Source: Candidatus Omnitrophota bacterium (GTDB lineage Bacteria; Omnitrophota; Gorgyraeia; Gygaellales; Profunditerraquicolaceae). Taken from it: DNA of 54,126 nucleotides. Position numbers and translations under genes: made by a program. This document shows positions 25,108-36,289 of the stretch, piece by piece. The stretch is taken from NCBI GenBank assembly GCA_049517335.1, contig JBEKSD010000017.1:1-54126 (forward strand), given 5' to 3'. The first letter of the stretch is position 1. The number at the start of each line of letters is the position of its first letter. The notes beneath the pieces were generated by a model that searched no databases, had not been told where the DNA came from, and saw nothing but the letters and a program-made list of their open reading frames with translations.

Positions 25108-26287
25108 GTTAAAATTAAGCTGGCGCTACCTTGCGACGAAGAGGAAAGAAAAATTCATCTCTTTAATCAGCGTAATTTCTATCCTAGGCGTTGCCATCGG
25201 CGTTACCGCCTTGATTGTAGTTTTGGCAGTGATGACCGGGTTCGACCGGGACCTGCGCGATAAAATAGTGGGGAATTATTCCCATATTACCTTATCCGCT
25301 TACAAGGGGATAAATGAAGCTGAGTATAAAGAGTTAGCGAAGAAGATTTCCGCTTTTAAGCACGTTGAGGCTGTAAGCCCTTATCTTCAAGGACAGGTTT
25401 TGCTTAAAGAGGAAAACAGGTTTTTCGCCGTCGGCATAAAAGGCATAGACCCGAAAAGCGAAAGCCGCACAACCAAAATTGATAAATATATGGTTGCCGG
25501 AAACATCAATGATTTGGCGCAGGGCGGCTTGCTCATCGGCCGGGAGCTGGCAATGTACCTTGGCGTGCGTCCCGGAGCGACAGTTACTTTAATTTCGCCT
25601 TCGGGCAAACAGAATATTATGAATGTCGCCGGTATTTTCAGTTCAGGCATGTATGATTATGACATGAATATGGTGTTTACCGGCCTTAAAAGCGCGCAGG
25701 CAATATTAGGCATGCCGGATAAAATAAGCGCTTTGTCCATTAAGCTGGATGACCTTTATTTGGCGCCGCAGGTAAGAGACAGTCTTTATTTAAGCTTAGG
25801 ACCTGATTATATATTAAAAACATGGACAGAAGCCAACGCTAATTTTTTTGCAGCACTCAAACTGGAAAAACTGACTATGTTTATTATTCTGACTTTAATC
25901 ATACTGGTCGCGGCTTTTAATATCGCTAGCACCCTGATTGTGATGGTGGTTGAGAAGACCAAGGATATCGGCGTATTAAAAGCATTAGGAATGAGTTCTA
26001 AAGGCGTACGCAGGGTTTTTATTTATCAAGGGTTGATTATCGGTTTGCTCGGAACACTGCTAGGAGCATTTGGCGGGGTAGTTTTATGCGCCTTACTTAA
26101 GAAATACCAGTTTGTAAAATTACCGCAGGATATTTATTACATTGATCACCTTCCGGTTTCAATCGTGCTTTGGCCGGACATTGCTTTGATAGTCTTGGCG
26201 GCTTTTGTCATTACTTTGATTTCTACTATTTATCCGGCTTCTAAAGCAAGCAGGTTGGAGCCGGTAGAAGCGCTGCGGTATGAATAA
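25097..26287 (+). CDS. lolE: Lipoprotein-releasing ABC permease (LolC/E)
   Basis: FISLIS..GVAIGV, VAAFNI and YPA.KA..L.PVEALRYE motifs. Confidence 0.88.
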   Translation: MKLELKLSWRYLATKRKEKFISLISVISILGVAIGVTALIVVLAVMTGFDRDLRDKIVGNYSHITLSAYKGINEAEYKELAKKISAFKHVEAVSPYLQGQVLLKEENRFFAVGIKGIDPKSESRTTKIDKYMVAGNINDLAQGGLLIGRELAMYLGVRPGATVTLISPSGKQNIMNVAGIFSSGMYDYDMNMVFTGLKSAQAILGMPDKISALSIKLDDLYLAPQVRDSLYLSLGPDYILKTWTEANANFFAALKLEKLTMFIILTLIILVAAFNIASTLIVMVVEKTKDIGVLKALGMSSKGVRRVFIYQGLIIGLLGTLLGAFGGVVLCALLKKYQFVKLPQDIYYIDHLPVSIVLWPDIALIVLAAFVITLISTIYPASKASRLEPVEALRYE

Positions 26288-26943
26288 TGCTTGAAGTAAA
26301 GAATATACATAAATTTTACAATAACGGTAAGAAGATCCTGGAAGTCTTAAAAGGCGTGGAACTGAATGTTGAAAGTGGCAGGTTCATTGCCATTGTCGGG
26401 CCTTCGGGCGCGGGTAAATCAACACTCTTACATATTTTAGGCGGGTTGGATTGTCCCTCGCAGGGAAAAGTCATTTTCGAGAAGGAAGACATTTATGCTC
26501 TGGATGACCGCGCAATTTCTCATTTAAGGAACAAGGAAATAGGGTTTGTTTTCCAGTTTTATAACCTGCTTTCGGAGTTTACGGTTTTAGAAAATGTTTT
26601 GATGCCCGCTGAAATCGCAGGCTCTGTCCCTCATGACGCGGCTTGGCAGCTTTTGGACAAGATGGGACTTAAAGACAGGGCAGGGCATTTTCCGAATCAG
26701 CTTTCTGGAGGGGAAAAACAAAGAGTTGCTATTGCTCGAGGGCTGATTAATAACCCGCGTTTACTTTTGTGTGATGAGCCGACGGGTAATCTTGATTCAA
26801 AGACAGGGCAAGAGATAATCTCGCTCATTAAGAAAATAAATCTGGAAAATTCCATGACAGTAATAATGGTCACGCATAATATAGAATTAACCCGGCAGGC
26901 AAACGCAGTTTATCAATTGAAAGACGGAATATTGTTAAGTTAA
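26287..26943 (+). CDS. lolD: Lipoprotein-releasing ABC ATPase
   Basis: GPSGAGKS, LSGGE and DEPTGNLD motifs; follows lolC/E. Confidence 0.88.
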   Translation: MLEVKNIHKFYNNGKKILEVLKGVELNVESGRFIAIVGPSGAGKSTLLHILGGLDCPSQGKVIFEKEDIYALDDRAISHLRNKEIGFVFQFYNLLSEFTVLENVLMPAEIAGSVPHDAAWQLLDKMGLKDRAGHFPNQLSGGEKQRVAIARGLINNPRLLLCDEPTGNLDSKTGQEIISLIKKINLENSMTVIMVTHNIELTRQANAVYQLKDGILLS

Positions 26944-26957
26944 TTTTTGGAGGGCTT

Positions 26958-27827
26958 ATGAGAATTTACATTAAGGGAAAATTTTATGATAAAAAAGACG
27001 CTAAAGTGTCCGTGTTTGACCATGGTTTCCTTTACGGGGACGGGGTATTTGAAGGTGTGCGCGTTTATAACCGCCTGATTTTTAAATTAAACGAGCATAT
27101 TGACCGTTTGTATGAGTCGGCGCACAGTATTATGCTCGAGGTGCCTTTAACTAAGAGTCAGCTTATTCAGGCGATTATCAGGACATTAAAGGAGAATAAG
27201 CTCAATGAAGCTTATCTGCGGGTAATCGTAAGCCGAGGCGAAGGGGATCTTGGTCTTGACCCGAGGAAATGCTACGGAAAGTCGGCGGTTATCATTATCG
27301 CGGATAACGTTTCTCTTTATTCTGATAAGCTGTATAAAAAAGGAATGAAGATGATCACGGTTTCAACTACTCGTAATGCGCATGAAGCGTTAAATCCGCA
27401 GATTAAGTCGCTTAATTACCTGAACAATATCCTTGCCAAAATTGAAGCGACGAATTCGGGGTATGAGGAAGCTCTGATGCTTAACGATCAGGGTTATGTG
27501 GCAGAATGCACCGGAGATAACATTTTTATTGTCAAGAAAAAAGAGCTATATACGCCTCCGGAATGCATGGGAGCATTAAGTGGAGTAACCCGCGATACTG
27601 TTTTAGGCATCGCTAAGAAAATGAAGCTGGTTACCCATGAGCACGTGTTTACCCGTCATGAACTTTATGTGTCCGATGAATGTTTCTTAACCGGCACTGC
27701 GGCGGAGATCATTCCCGTGGTTAAAGTTGACGGTCGTATCATCGGTTCGGGTGTACCCGGTAAATTGACTTTTAACCTGATGAAGAAGTTTAAGGCCGCG
27801 ACTAAAAAAGAAGGGATCAGGTATTGA
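26958..27827 (+). CDS. ilvE: Branched-chain amino acid aminotransferase
   Basis: YGDGVFEG, KSLNY and FLTGTAAE motifs. Confidence 0.93.
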   Translation: MRIYIKGKFYDKKDAKVSVFDHGFLYGDGVFEGVRVYNRLIFKLNEHIDRLYESAHSIMLEVPLTKSQLIQAIIRTLKENKLNEAYLRVIVSRGEGDLGLDPRKCYGKSAVIIIADNVSLYSDKLYKKGMKMITVSTTRNAHEALNPQIKSLNYLNNILAKIEATNSGYEEALMLNDQGYVAECTGDNIFIVKKKELYTPPECMGALSGVTRDTVLGIAKKMKLVTHEHVFTRHELYVSDECFLTGTAAEIIPVVKVDGRIIGSGVPGKLTFNLMKKFKAATKKEGIRY

Positions 27828-27828
27828 T

Positions 27829-28329
27829 ATGTTATGCGATATCTGCGGTAAAAACCCGGCAACCGTGCATCTGACAGAGATTATTGACGATCAGATGAAT
27901 GAACTACATCTATGCGAGGAGTGCGCGCGGGAAAAGAGCGCGGCTATGGAGCAGCAGTTCGGGTTAAGCGACCTATTGGCGGGCATGGCGGAGGTAAGTA
28001 AGCCCAGCTTAAAAGAACCTCAGGCGCCTTATGTCAACTGCCCTAACTGTAATTTAAGTTATGCCGATTTTAAGAAGATAGGCAGGTTAGGATGCGGAGA
28101 GTGTTATACTGTTTTTAAGAAATACCTCACTCCGCTATTAAAGCGCATTCATGGCTCCGTCCAGCATACCGGAAAATCTCCGTTAAAGACAACGGCTAAA
28201 AACGGCAAAAAGAAGCCCGATATACAAGAATTGCGCCTGCGGCTGCAGAAGGCGATAGAGGAAGAGGCTTTTGAAGATGCTGCGCGCCTTCGCGACCAGA
28301 TAAAAGAATTGGAGAAAAAACAGGAGTGA
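27829..28329 (+). CDS. mcsA: McsA-like activator (CxxC, UvrB/C motif)
   Basis: CDIC, CEEC, CPNC, GRLGC..CY and EDAARLRDQI motifs. Confidence 0.93.
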   Translation: MLCDICGKNPATVHLTEIIDDQMNELHLCEECAREKSAAMEQQFGLSDLLAGMAEVSKPSLKEPQAPYVNCPNCNLSYADFKKIGRLGCGECYTVFKKYLTPLLKRIHGSVQHTGKSPLKTTAKNGKKKPDIQELRLRLQKAIEEEAFEDAARLRDQIKELEKKQE

Positions 28330-28330
28330 T

Positions 28331-29380
28331 ATGCAGTTAAACGACCTATTGAAACATACAAGCGAATGGCTTAAGGGTACCGGCCCAAATGCCGATATTG
28401 TGATCTCAAGCCGTATACGGCTGGCAAGGAACCTGGATAAGTTTCCTTTTCCGCAGTGGGCAAATAAAAAGCAGGGCCAGGAGGCCTTAAATGCCATCCT
28501 TGATGCCGTAAATAAGGTTGATTACTTAAAAGGCACGACCGTTTTGCGTATGGCGGAAATGGACAGCATCGATAAACAGTTTTTAATCGAGCGGCATTTG
28601 ATGTCTTTGGAGCATGCGCAAAAAACGGAGAACAAGGCGTTGGTTGTTGATAATGAAGAGATTGTTTCCATTATGTGCAACGAAGAAGACCATATGCGCA
28701 TACAGGTAATGCAGTCAGGCTTTAATCTTTTTGAAGCCTGGAATATCATCAACCAGATAGACGATTCCCTGTCAAAAGTGCTCACCTTCGCGTTTTCGCC
28801 CGAATGGGGTTATTTGACTGTCTGCCCTACAAATACCGGCACCGGCATGCGCGGTTCGGTTATGCTGCACCTACCGGCCCTGGTGATGAGCCGGCAGATC
28901 GACCGGGTGATGGCGGCAATAGCGAAATTAAGTTTTACTACCCGCGGGCTTTACGGGGAAGGCACTCAGGCAAGCGGAAATTTCTTCCAGATATCAAATC
29001 AGGTGTCACTAGGCCCCAGCGAGCAAGAAATTATAGATAACATTAACAGCATTATCCGCCAGATTATAGAGCAGGAAGCGCAGGCAAGAGAAATAATGAT
29101 GTCAAAAAGCAGGGCATTGCTGGAGGACAGGATAAACAGGAGCCTAGGCATATTAAAGAGCGCGCGCATTATCAGCAGCCAGGAAACAATTGAATTGCTT
29201 TCTATGGTCAGGCTGGGCGAGGACTTGGGGTTGGTTAAGGATTTAAACAGGAGCAGCCTGAACGAATTATTTATTATCACTCAGCCGGCTCATTTGCAGA
29301 AAATAGAAGGCAAAAATATTTCTTCCGAAGAACGCGACATAAAACGCGCAGAGTTAATCAGAGAAAGGCTTAATATATAA
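28331..29380 (+). CDS. mcsB: Protein arginine kinase
   Basis: SSRIRLARN, NEEDH and CPTN.GTG motifs. Confidence 0.95.
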   Translation: MQLNDLLKHTSEWLKGTGPNADIVISSRIRLARNLDKFPFPQWANKKQGQEALNAILDAVNKVDYLKGTTVLRMAEMDSIDKQFLIERHLMSLEHAQKTENKALVVDNEEIVSIMCNEEDHMRIQVMQSGFNLFEAWNIINQIDDSLSKVLTFAFSPEWGYLTVCPTNTGTGMRGSVMLHLPALVMSRQIDRVMAAIAKLSFTTRGLYGEGTQASGNFFQISNQVSLGPSEQEIIDNINSIIRQIIEQEAQAREIMMSKSRALLEDRINRSLGILKSARIISSQETIELLSMVRLGEDLGLVKDLNRSSLNELFIITQPAHLQKIEGKNISSEERDIKRAELIRERLNI

Positions 29381-29390
29381 GGAGGTTGTC

Positions 29391-31808
29391 ATGTTTAACC
29401 GTTTCACTGAAAGGGCAAGAAAAGTCATCATACTGGCAAAAGAAGAAGCGCGCCGTTTTAATCATGATTATATCGGCACAGAGCATATCCTTTTAGGCTT
29501 AATCCGCGAAGGCGAAGGCGTGGCTGCGGCGGTATTACAGAAGATGGGCGTATCGCTTGAGAATATCCGCCTTGAAATCGAAAAGCTGGTGCAGCCTGGG
29601 CCAAGCACCCAGATTATAGGCGATATCCCGTTTACGCCCAGAGCAAAAAAAGCATTGGAGTTGGCAGCTGAAGAAGCGCGCTCACTGGGGCATAATTATA
29701 TCGGCACCGAACACTTGCTGCTCGGGCTTATCCGCGAAGGCGAAGGGATTGCTTCACAGGTTTTGCTTAATTTAGGGATGGATCTTAATTCCGTAAGGAA
29801 TGAAGTCATGGAACTTTTAGGTTCTGTCCTTCCCGGAATGGGCCAGCAGCCGCAGGCAAAAACCAAAACTCCGGCACTGGATGCTTTTGGTCGCGACTTG
29901 ACCGCACTTGCCAAAGAAGATAAACTCGACCCGGTAATTGACAGAAAGAATGAAATTGAAAGGGTCATTCAGATATTAAGCCGCAGGACGAAAAATAACC
30001 CCGTGCTTTTAGGCGAAGCAGGCGTGGGTAAGACCGCCATTGTTGAAGGCTTGGCGCAGGCGATTGTTTCCGGAAACATCCCTGAGATCTTAAGGGGCAA
30101 GCGTATCGTGGTCCTTGATTTGGCTTCTATGGTCGCCGGTACAAAATACCGTGGGCAATTTGAAGAAAGGATTAAGGCGGTAATGGAGGAGATTAAACGT
30201 TCGCAGGACGTCATTATTTTTATTGATGAGCTGCATACCTTAGTGGGCGCAGGCGCTGCCGAAGGTGCGATTGACGCTTCAAATATCCTCAAGCCGTCTC
30301 TTTCGCGCGGCGAAATGCAATGCATCGGCGCGACTACTATGGATGAATACAGGAAATACATTGAAAAAGACGCAGCGCTCGAGCGCAGATTCCAGACAAT
30401 TATGGTTGAGCCGCCGACAGTGGAGCAGACCATTGATATTTTAAAAGGCTTAAGAGATAAATATGAGGCGCACCATCGGGTAACTTTCCGCGATGATGCC
30501 TTGGAAGCTGCGGCAAAATTATCCGACCGTTATATCTCCGGCCGTTTCCTGCCGGATAAAGCGATTGATTTGATTGATGAGGCAGGTTCGCGCGCGCGCC
30601 TTAACGTTTTAATTATCCCTCCGGATATTAAAACCCTTGAAGCGAAAGTTGAAAATATAAGGAAAGAAAAAGAATCTTTTATCAAGCATCAGGATTTTGA
30701 GAAAGCCGCGTCTTTACGCGATCAGGAAAGACAGGCACGGCAGGAACTGGAGAATTTGAACAAGGACTGGTCGCAGGCAAAAGATAAGATGCGGCCGGAA
30801 GTTAGCGAAGAAGATATCGCCAAAATTGTCGCGCAATGGACAGGCATACCGATATTTCGCTTGGAAGAAAAAGAGAGCGAAAAATTGATGAAGATAGAAG
30901 AAGAGTTGCATAAACGCGTGATCGGCCAGGATGAGGCGATTGCAGCCATAGCCCACGCGGTGCGCCGCTCCCGTGCCGGCATCAAGGACCCGAAAAGACC
31001 CATAGGTTCGTTTGTTTTCTTAGGTCCGACCGGCGTGGGAAAAAGTTTGCTTGCCCGTGCTTTGGCGGAATTTATGTTTGGGGATCAGGACGCGCTCTTA
31101 CAGTTGGATATGTCCGAATATATGGAGAAGTTTAATGTCTCCCGTTTAATCGGAGCTCCTCCCGGATACGTAGGGTATGAAGAAGGGGGACAACTTACCG
31201 AAAGAGTACGCCGCAGGCCGTACGCGGTAATCCTTCTTGATGAAATAGAGAAAGCGCACCCGGATGTGTTTAATCTGCTTTTACAGGTTTTTGAAGAAGG
31301 TCGCCTTACGGATAGTTTCGGAAGGAAGGTTGATTTCAAGAATACGGTGATCATCATGACTTCAAACGTAGGTGCGGATTTGATACGCCGCACCGGCTCC
31401 CTCGGTTTTAAGGCCCAGAAAGAAGAATTGTCTTATCAGGATATGAAAGAGAAATTACTTGAAGAGGTAAAACGCACTTTCAAGCCGGAGTTCTTAAACC
31501 GCATAGACGATATAATTGTCTTTAGGCAGTTGTTAAAAGAAGACCTTGTGAATATTATTGACATAGAAATCGGCTATGTCGCAGCACGGCTTAAAGAACA
31601 GAATATATCTCTTGAGGTAACGCAGGAAGCCAAGGATTTCCTCATTGAGAAGGGGTTTGACCCAGTGTTCGGCGCCCGGCCGCTAAAGAGGACAATCCAG
31701 AGGTTCCTTGAAGACCCACTTGCGCAGGAAATAATTTCTAAAAAATTCAAGGAAGGTTCAAAGATTAAAGTCATAAATAAAAATCAGGAATTAATTTTTG
31801 AGGCATGA
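29391..31808 (+). CDS. clpC: ATP-dependent Clp protease ATPase ClpC
   Basis: Clp-N repeats and two AAA modules (GEAGVGKT, GPTGVGKS). Confidence 0.96.
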   Translation: MFNRFTERARKVIILAKEEARRFNHDYIGTEHILLGLIREGEGVAAAVLQKMGVSLENIRLEIEKLVQPGPSTQIIGDIPFTPRAKKALELAAEEARSLGHNYIGTEHLLLGLIREGEGIASQVLLNLGMDLNSVRNEVMELLGSVLPGMGQQPQAKTKTPALDAFGRDLTALAKEDKLDPVIDRKNEIERVIQILSRRTKNNPVLLGEAGVGKTAIVEGLAQAIVSGNIPEILRGKRIVVLDLASMVAGTKYRGQFEERIKAVMEEIKRSQDVIIFIDELHTLVGAGAAEGAIDASNILKPSLSRGEMQCIGATTMDEYRKYIEKDAALERRFQTIMVEPPTVEQTIDILKGLRDKYEAHHRVTFRDDALEAAAKLSDRYISGRFLPDKAIDLIDEAGSRARLNVLIIPPDIKTLEAKVENIRKEKESFIKHQDFEKAASLRDQERQARQELENLNKDWSQAKDKMRPEVSEEDIAKIVAQWTGIPIFRLEEKESEKLMKIEEELHKRVIGQDEAIAAIAHAVRRSRAGIKDPKRPIGSFVFLGPTGVGKSLLARALAEFMFGDQDALLQLDMSEYMEKFNVSRLIGAPPGYVGYEEGGQLTERVRRRPYAVILLDEIEKAHPDVFNLLLQVFEEGRLTDSFGRKVDFKNTVIIMTSNVGADLIRRTGSLGFKAQKEELSYQDMKEKLLEEVKRTFKPEFLNRIDDIIVFRQLLKEDLVNIIDIEIGYVAARLKEQNISLEVTQEAKDFLIEKGFDPVFGARPLKRTIQRFLEDPLAQEIISKKFKEGSKIKVINKNQELIFEA

Positions 31809-32590
31809 TTAGCGAATTTTTTATTGAATTAGGCCGTAAAAGTTACTCTTTCCTTTATTTCTGGGGAGGACTTGCTAATTTAGGCTGGCAGACCCTGTAT
31901 TCGTCTTTATTGCCTCCCTATAGAAAGGACAGGGTAATTGAGCAGATAAAAAAAGCCGGTTTTGACAGCCTGCCGATAGTTACGCTCGTTGCATTATTCA
32001 TCGGGTTCATATTCGCTTTGCAGACCGCTTATTTTATGCAGCGCATCGGCTCGGAGATTTATATTGCCAGTCTTGTTGCCCTTTCTCTGGTACGGGAACT
32101 GGGCCCGGTTATTACCGCTTTAGTCGTGGCAGGTAGGGTAGGGGCTGCGATTACCGCCGAGCTTGGCTCAATGCAGGTTACCGAACAGATAGACGCGCTT
32201 GAGACCTTGGCCACAAACCCGGTAAAATATCTGGTTGTCCCGCGTTTTCTTGCCCTCATTGTGGTTTTACCGCTGCTTACCATTTACGCAGACACCGTCG
32301 GCATATTCGGCAGTTATCTAATCTGCACACTAAAATTAGGAATCTCAAGCAGTTTGTATCTTAAAGTCACTTCTGAAGCGCTTTTATACAAAGACTTATT
32401 CACCGGGCTCTTTAAGACCGTATTTTTTGGCATGATTATCGCTTTGGTTAGCTGTTACGAAGGCTTTAATGTTGAAGGCGGAGCAGAGGGCGTGGGAAGG
32501 GCAACGACAAAATCCGTGGTGGCCTCATTTATCATAGTTATCGCGGCAGACTGTTTCTTTACCGCGCTGTTCTATTTTATATTCCCATGA
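31805..32590 (+). CDS. mlaE: MlaE-family ABC permease
   Basis: RELGP...AGR.G....AELG.M..TEQIDAL motif. Confidence 0.92.
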   Translation: MISEFFIELGRKSYSFLYFWGGLANLGWQTLYSSLLPPYRKDRVIEQIKKAGFDSLPIVTLVALFIGFIFALQTAYFMQRIGSEIYIASLVALSLVRELGPVITALVVAGRVGAAITAELGSMQVTEQIDALETLATNPVKYLVVPRFLALIVVLPLLTIYADTVGIFGSYLICTLKLGISSSLYLKVTSEALLYKDLFTGLFKTVFFGMIIALVSCYEGFNVEGGAEGVGRATTKSVVASFIIVIAADCFFTALFYFIFP

Positions 32591-33345
32591 TAGAAATAAA
32601 AGAGGTGTATAAAAGATTCGGAGAGCATAAGGTTCTTGACGGACTGAATTTAAGAATTGAGACCGGCTCAACTTGCGTCATTATCGGGCGCTCCGGGTGC
32701 GGTAAGAGCGTATTGCTCAAGCATATGGTCGGCATATTAAAACCGGATAAGGGAAACGTATTTGTGGATGATAAGGAAATTAACAAATTAACAGGAAAAG
32801 CTCTGGATGAATTCCGTTTAAAAATCGCGCTTGTATTTCAGGGAGGTGCGCTTTTTGATTCGCTGAGCGTGGCTGAGAACGTGGGTTTTGGCCTGATAGA
32901 GCATTCCCTGATCAGCCGCAAAGAGCTTCTGGAAAGGATTGAGGAGGCGCTTTGTTTAGTCGGGCTCTGCGGCGCAGGCAACCTTATGCCTGCGGAGTTA
33001 AGCGGCGGGATGAAGAAACGCGTAGCCCTTGCGCGCGCAATATGCCTTAAACCGAGGATTATTTTATACGATGAGCCCACGACCGGAGTAGATCCCATTA
33101 CCGCCGACAGCATTAACGACCTCATTAAGGACATGCATGATAAATTAGAAATAACCTCGGTTGCGGTTACGCACGATATGAAGAGCGCATATAAAATAGC
33201 CGATAAGATAGCTATGCTGTATCAGGGCAAAATTATTGCCGAGGGCACATCGGAGGAAATAGAAAAGAGCAGTAGTCCCGTAGTGCACCAGTTTATTAAC
33301 GGTTTGGCTTCGGGTCCGATAACAGAGACTTTAGACAGAGGATAA
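32587..33345 (+). CDS. mlaF: MlaF-family ABC ATPase
   Basis: GRSGCGKS, LSGGMKKRVALARA and YDEPT motifs. Confidence 0.9.
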   Translation: MIEIKEVYKRFGEHKVLDGLNLRIETGSTCVIIGRSGCGKSVLLKHMVGILKPDKGNVFVDDKEINKLTGKALDEFRLKIALVFQGGALFDSLSVAENVGFGLIEHSLISRKELLERIEEALCLVGLCGAGNLMPAELSGGMKKRVALARAICLKPRIILYDEPTTGVDPITADSINDLIKDMHDKLEITSVAVTHDMKSAYKIADKIAMLYQGKIIAEGTSEEIEKSSSPVVHQFINGLASGPITETLDRG

Positions 33346-33367
33346 CTCTTAATCCGGAGGTTATAAA

Positions 33368-33976
33368 ATGATATTCGGAAAAACAAAAATGGAACTTAAG
33401 GTCGGCGTTTTCGTTTTCTTCGGCCTTGTATTGCTGATTATTTTTTTATTGTCCATAGGAGGGTTTAAAACCTGGAGCTCGGGGTATAATATTAAATTTA
33501 CTTTTTCTTTTATAAACGGCGTTAAGGTCGGCGCGCCTGTGCGCTTTGCCGGCCTTGATGTCGGGCAGGTAAAAAGGATAGATTTAGAGGTTCCTTCTGG
33601 AAAAAACGGGCAAACAAAAGTCCATATTACCTGTTGGGTGAAGAGGGAAGTCAGGGTGCCTGTTGATTCAATTGTCTGGGTGAATACTCTGGGGCTTCTG
33701 GGAGAGAAATATATTGAGATAATGCCAGGCACAGATTACAGTAGGGTCTTAAGTGCGGGAGAAGAATTAGCCGGAGTAGACCCCTTACCTATGAATAAGA
33801 TTACTGATTTGGCCAACAACATTGCCCACAACATTAACGACATTCTGGAAAAAGTCAAAAATAAGGAAGGCTCTTTGGGTAAACTTATCTATGATGATAC
33901 TATCTACAAAGAACTGGAAGCCTTATCCATAGATATAAGGAAGCATCCCTGGAAGTTATTTATAAAAACAAAATGA
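33368..33976 (+). CDS. mlaD: MlaD/MCE-family protein
   Basis: N-terminal TM; GAPV...G..VG.V and GLLGEKYIEI motifs. Confidence 0.88.
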   Translation: MIFGKTKMELKVGVFVFFGLVLLIIFLLSIGGFKTWSSGYNIKFTFSFINGVKVGAPVRFAGLDVGQVKRIDLEVPSGKNGQTKVHITCWVKREVRVPVDSIVWVNTLGLLGEKYIEIMPGTDYSRVLSAGEELAGVDPLPMNKITDLANNIAHNINDILEKVKNKEGSLGKLIYDDTIYKELEALSIDIRKHPWKLFIKTK

Positions 33977-35299
33977 AGACTAAAACCATATTCAGCTGTC
34001 AAAGTTGCGGAGCGCAATTCCCCAAATGGCTGGGCCGCTGCCCAGAGTGCGGGAACTGGAATACTTTCGTTGAGGAAAATTTTGCCGCGCCTGCATCAAA
34101 ACACAAAGAACGATTTTCTCTATACAAGGATGAGCCGGTATTATTAAGGGACGTTGAGGTGACTGAAGAAGCCCGGCTTAAAACCAATATTCATGAATTA
34201 GACCGAGTATTAGGCGGCGGCGTAGTTGCCGGCTCCGTAGTTTTAATCGGCGGCGACCCGGGCATAGGCAAGTCCACGATATCCTTGCAGGTCTCCAATC
34301 AATTGGCCAAACAGGGTAAAACTGTCCTTTATATAAGCGGCGAAGAGTCTGTTGCTCAAACAAAGATGCGCGCGCACCGCTTAGGTGACGCTCATAAATC
34401 GGCTGAGCTTTACATCGTCAACCAGACGGATTTGTCTTTAATCACGGAATATATTAAAAAATTAAAACCCGATCTCGTCCTGCGCGGGTTCAGTCAGCCA
34501 GGTAAGGGAGTGCGCTGGTGTCTTAACGCAGTTGGCTAAGACTACCGACACTTCGGTTTTTATCATCGGTCACGTGACAAAAGAAGGTACACTTGCTGGG
34601 CCGCGCGTGCTGGAACATATAGTTGATACCGTGCTCTACTTTGAAGGAGACAGATTCTCGGTTTACAGGATTTTGCGCGCGGTAAAGAACCGTTTTGGCT
34701 CAACGAATGAAATCGGGGTATTTGAGATGGGACAGGAAGGCCTAATGGAAGTAAGGAATCCTTCTGAAATATTTTTATCACAGCGGCCCCGCGATGTTTC
34801 GGGTTCGGTGGTTGTCCCTATTCTGGAAGGCTCGCGGCCGTTACTAGTTGAGATTCAGGCTTTAGTGAGCAAGTCAAGTTTCGGCTATGCCCGCCGCAGG
34901 GCAGATGGTTTTGATTTTAACCGGCTAGCTTTGTTAATTGCAGTTTTGGAGAAAAGAGTCGGGCTGCATCTTGAGGCGGAAGATATTTTTGTCAACGTTG
35001 CCGGCGGGATAAAGATAGAGGACCCGGCAGGGGATTTGGCGGTAGCAATGGCAGTAGCTTCAGCTTTTCGTGAACAGCTGGTAATCCCGGAAACAGTGGT
35101 TTTAGGCGAAGTTGGTTTAGCCGGAGAAATCAGGAGTGTTTTTCAGGTGTCGTTACGCATCAATGAAGCGGAAAAGCTCGGTTTTAAATATTGTGTTTTG
35201 CCGCGAAATAACCTTAAGGGCTTAAAAGTGAATAAAAGCGGCATAGAATTGCTTGCGGTTTCAACTTTAAAAGAAGCCCTGGACATCATACTTAAATAG
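33973..35299 (+). pseudogene. radA: DNA repair protein RadA, frameshifted by an internal deletion at ~34478
   Basis: Zn finger, GDPGIGKST and KNRFG are present; after KPDLV the frame shifts to SCAGSVSQVRE and the Walker B segment (IDSIQ) is absent. Confidence 0.88.
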
Positions 35300-35317
35300 T
35301 AAGGAGGGTTATTCATC

Positions 35318-36286
35318 ATGAATTTATTGTTAGTCCGTATTTTGTTTTTTGTGGGCAGCGTGATTGTGGGGTACCAGTCTTTTCCCGGTTATCTTGGCTT
35401 AATAATCGGCGGCGTAGGGGCATTAGTTTTAATTTCTCTTGAAATAGGCCTGCGCCGTGTTTCGGTAAGCGGGCTTTCCAGTGCCGTATTTGGATTAATC
35501 CTCGGCCTTATCATGGCCAAGCTTGTGGGCGATGCTTTCAGTATGGCTCATTTACAGGAAAACATAATGGCCAACATCAGGCTCATTCTTAACCTCGTAT
35601 TCTGCTATCTTGGCATGATTATGGCCTTACGCGGGAAAGATGAGTTCAATATCATCATCCCATATGTGCGCTTACGCAGGCAGGACCAAACGGAAGATAT
35701 CACTCTTTTAGACACTAGCGTGATTATTGACGGCCGGATAGTTGACATAAGTAAATCAAAATTCCTTTGTGGCAAGATTATAATTCCAAAATTTGTCCTA
35801 CATGAGCTCCAGCAGATTGCCGATTCTACCGACCCCATTAAACGCCAGAGGGGAAGACGTGGCCTAGAGATGCTGCAAACCATCCAGAAAGAACCGGGGC
35901 TGGATATAGCATTAAATGAAGAGGATTTTCCGGAAACAAGGGAAGTGGATGCAAAGTTAGTTAAGCTGGCTAAGTTACTGGCAGCTAAGATACTCACCGT
36001 GGATTTTAACCTTAACCGCGTTGCCACTATTCAAGGGATTAAAGTCTTGAATATAAACGAGCTGGCAAACGCGCTGAAACCCGTTGTGTTTCCGGGCGAA
36101 GCAATGCAGATTAAGCTCATCAAGGAAGGCAAGGAATACAATCAGGGAGTCGGATACCTTGATGACGGGACTATGGTCGTGGTTGAAGACGGTCGCAAGT
36201 TAATCGGGCAGGAAGTAAAGGTCGCGGTAACGAGCGTCCTGCAGACGCAGGCAGGCAGGATGATTTTTACGCGCATAGAGAAATAA
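35318..36286 (+). CDS. PIN/TRAM domain membrane protein (YacL-like)
   Basis: [17 protein letters not shown] and [11 protein letters not shown] motifs. Confidence 0.92.
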   Translation: MNLLLVRILFFVGSVIVGYQSFPGYLGLIIGGVGALVLISLEIGLRRVSVSGLSSAVFGLILGLIMAKLVGDAFSMAHLQENIMANIRLILNLVFCYLGMIMALRGKDEFNIIIPYVRLRRQDQTEDITLLDTSVIIDGRIVDISKSKFLCGKIIIPKFVLHELQQIADSTDPIKRQRGRRGLEMLQTIQKEPGLDIALNEEDFPETREVDAKLVKLAKLLAAKILTVDFNLNRVATIQGIKVLNINELANALKPVVFPGEAMQIKLIKEGKEYNQGVGYLDDGTMVVVEDGRKLIGQEVKVAVTSVLQTQAGRMIFTRIEK

Positions 36287-36289
36287 GCA

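Noticed and set aside
34440-34540. Programmed frameshift in radA
   Set aside because: Essential Walker B residues are physically missing, so recoding could not restore the protein.
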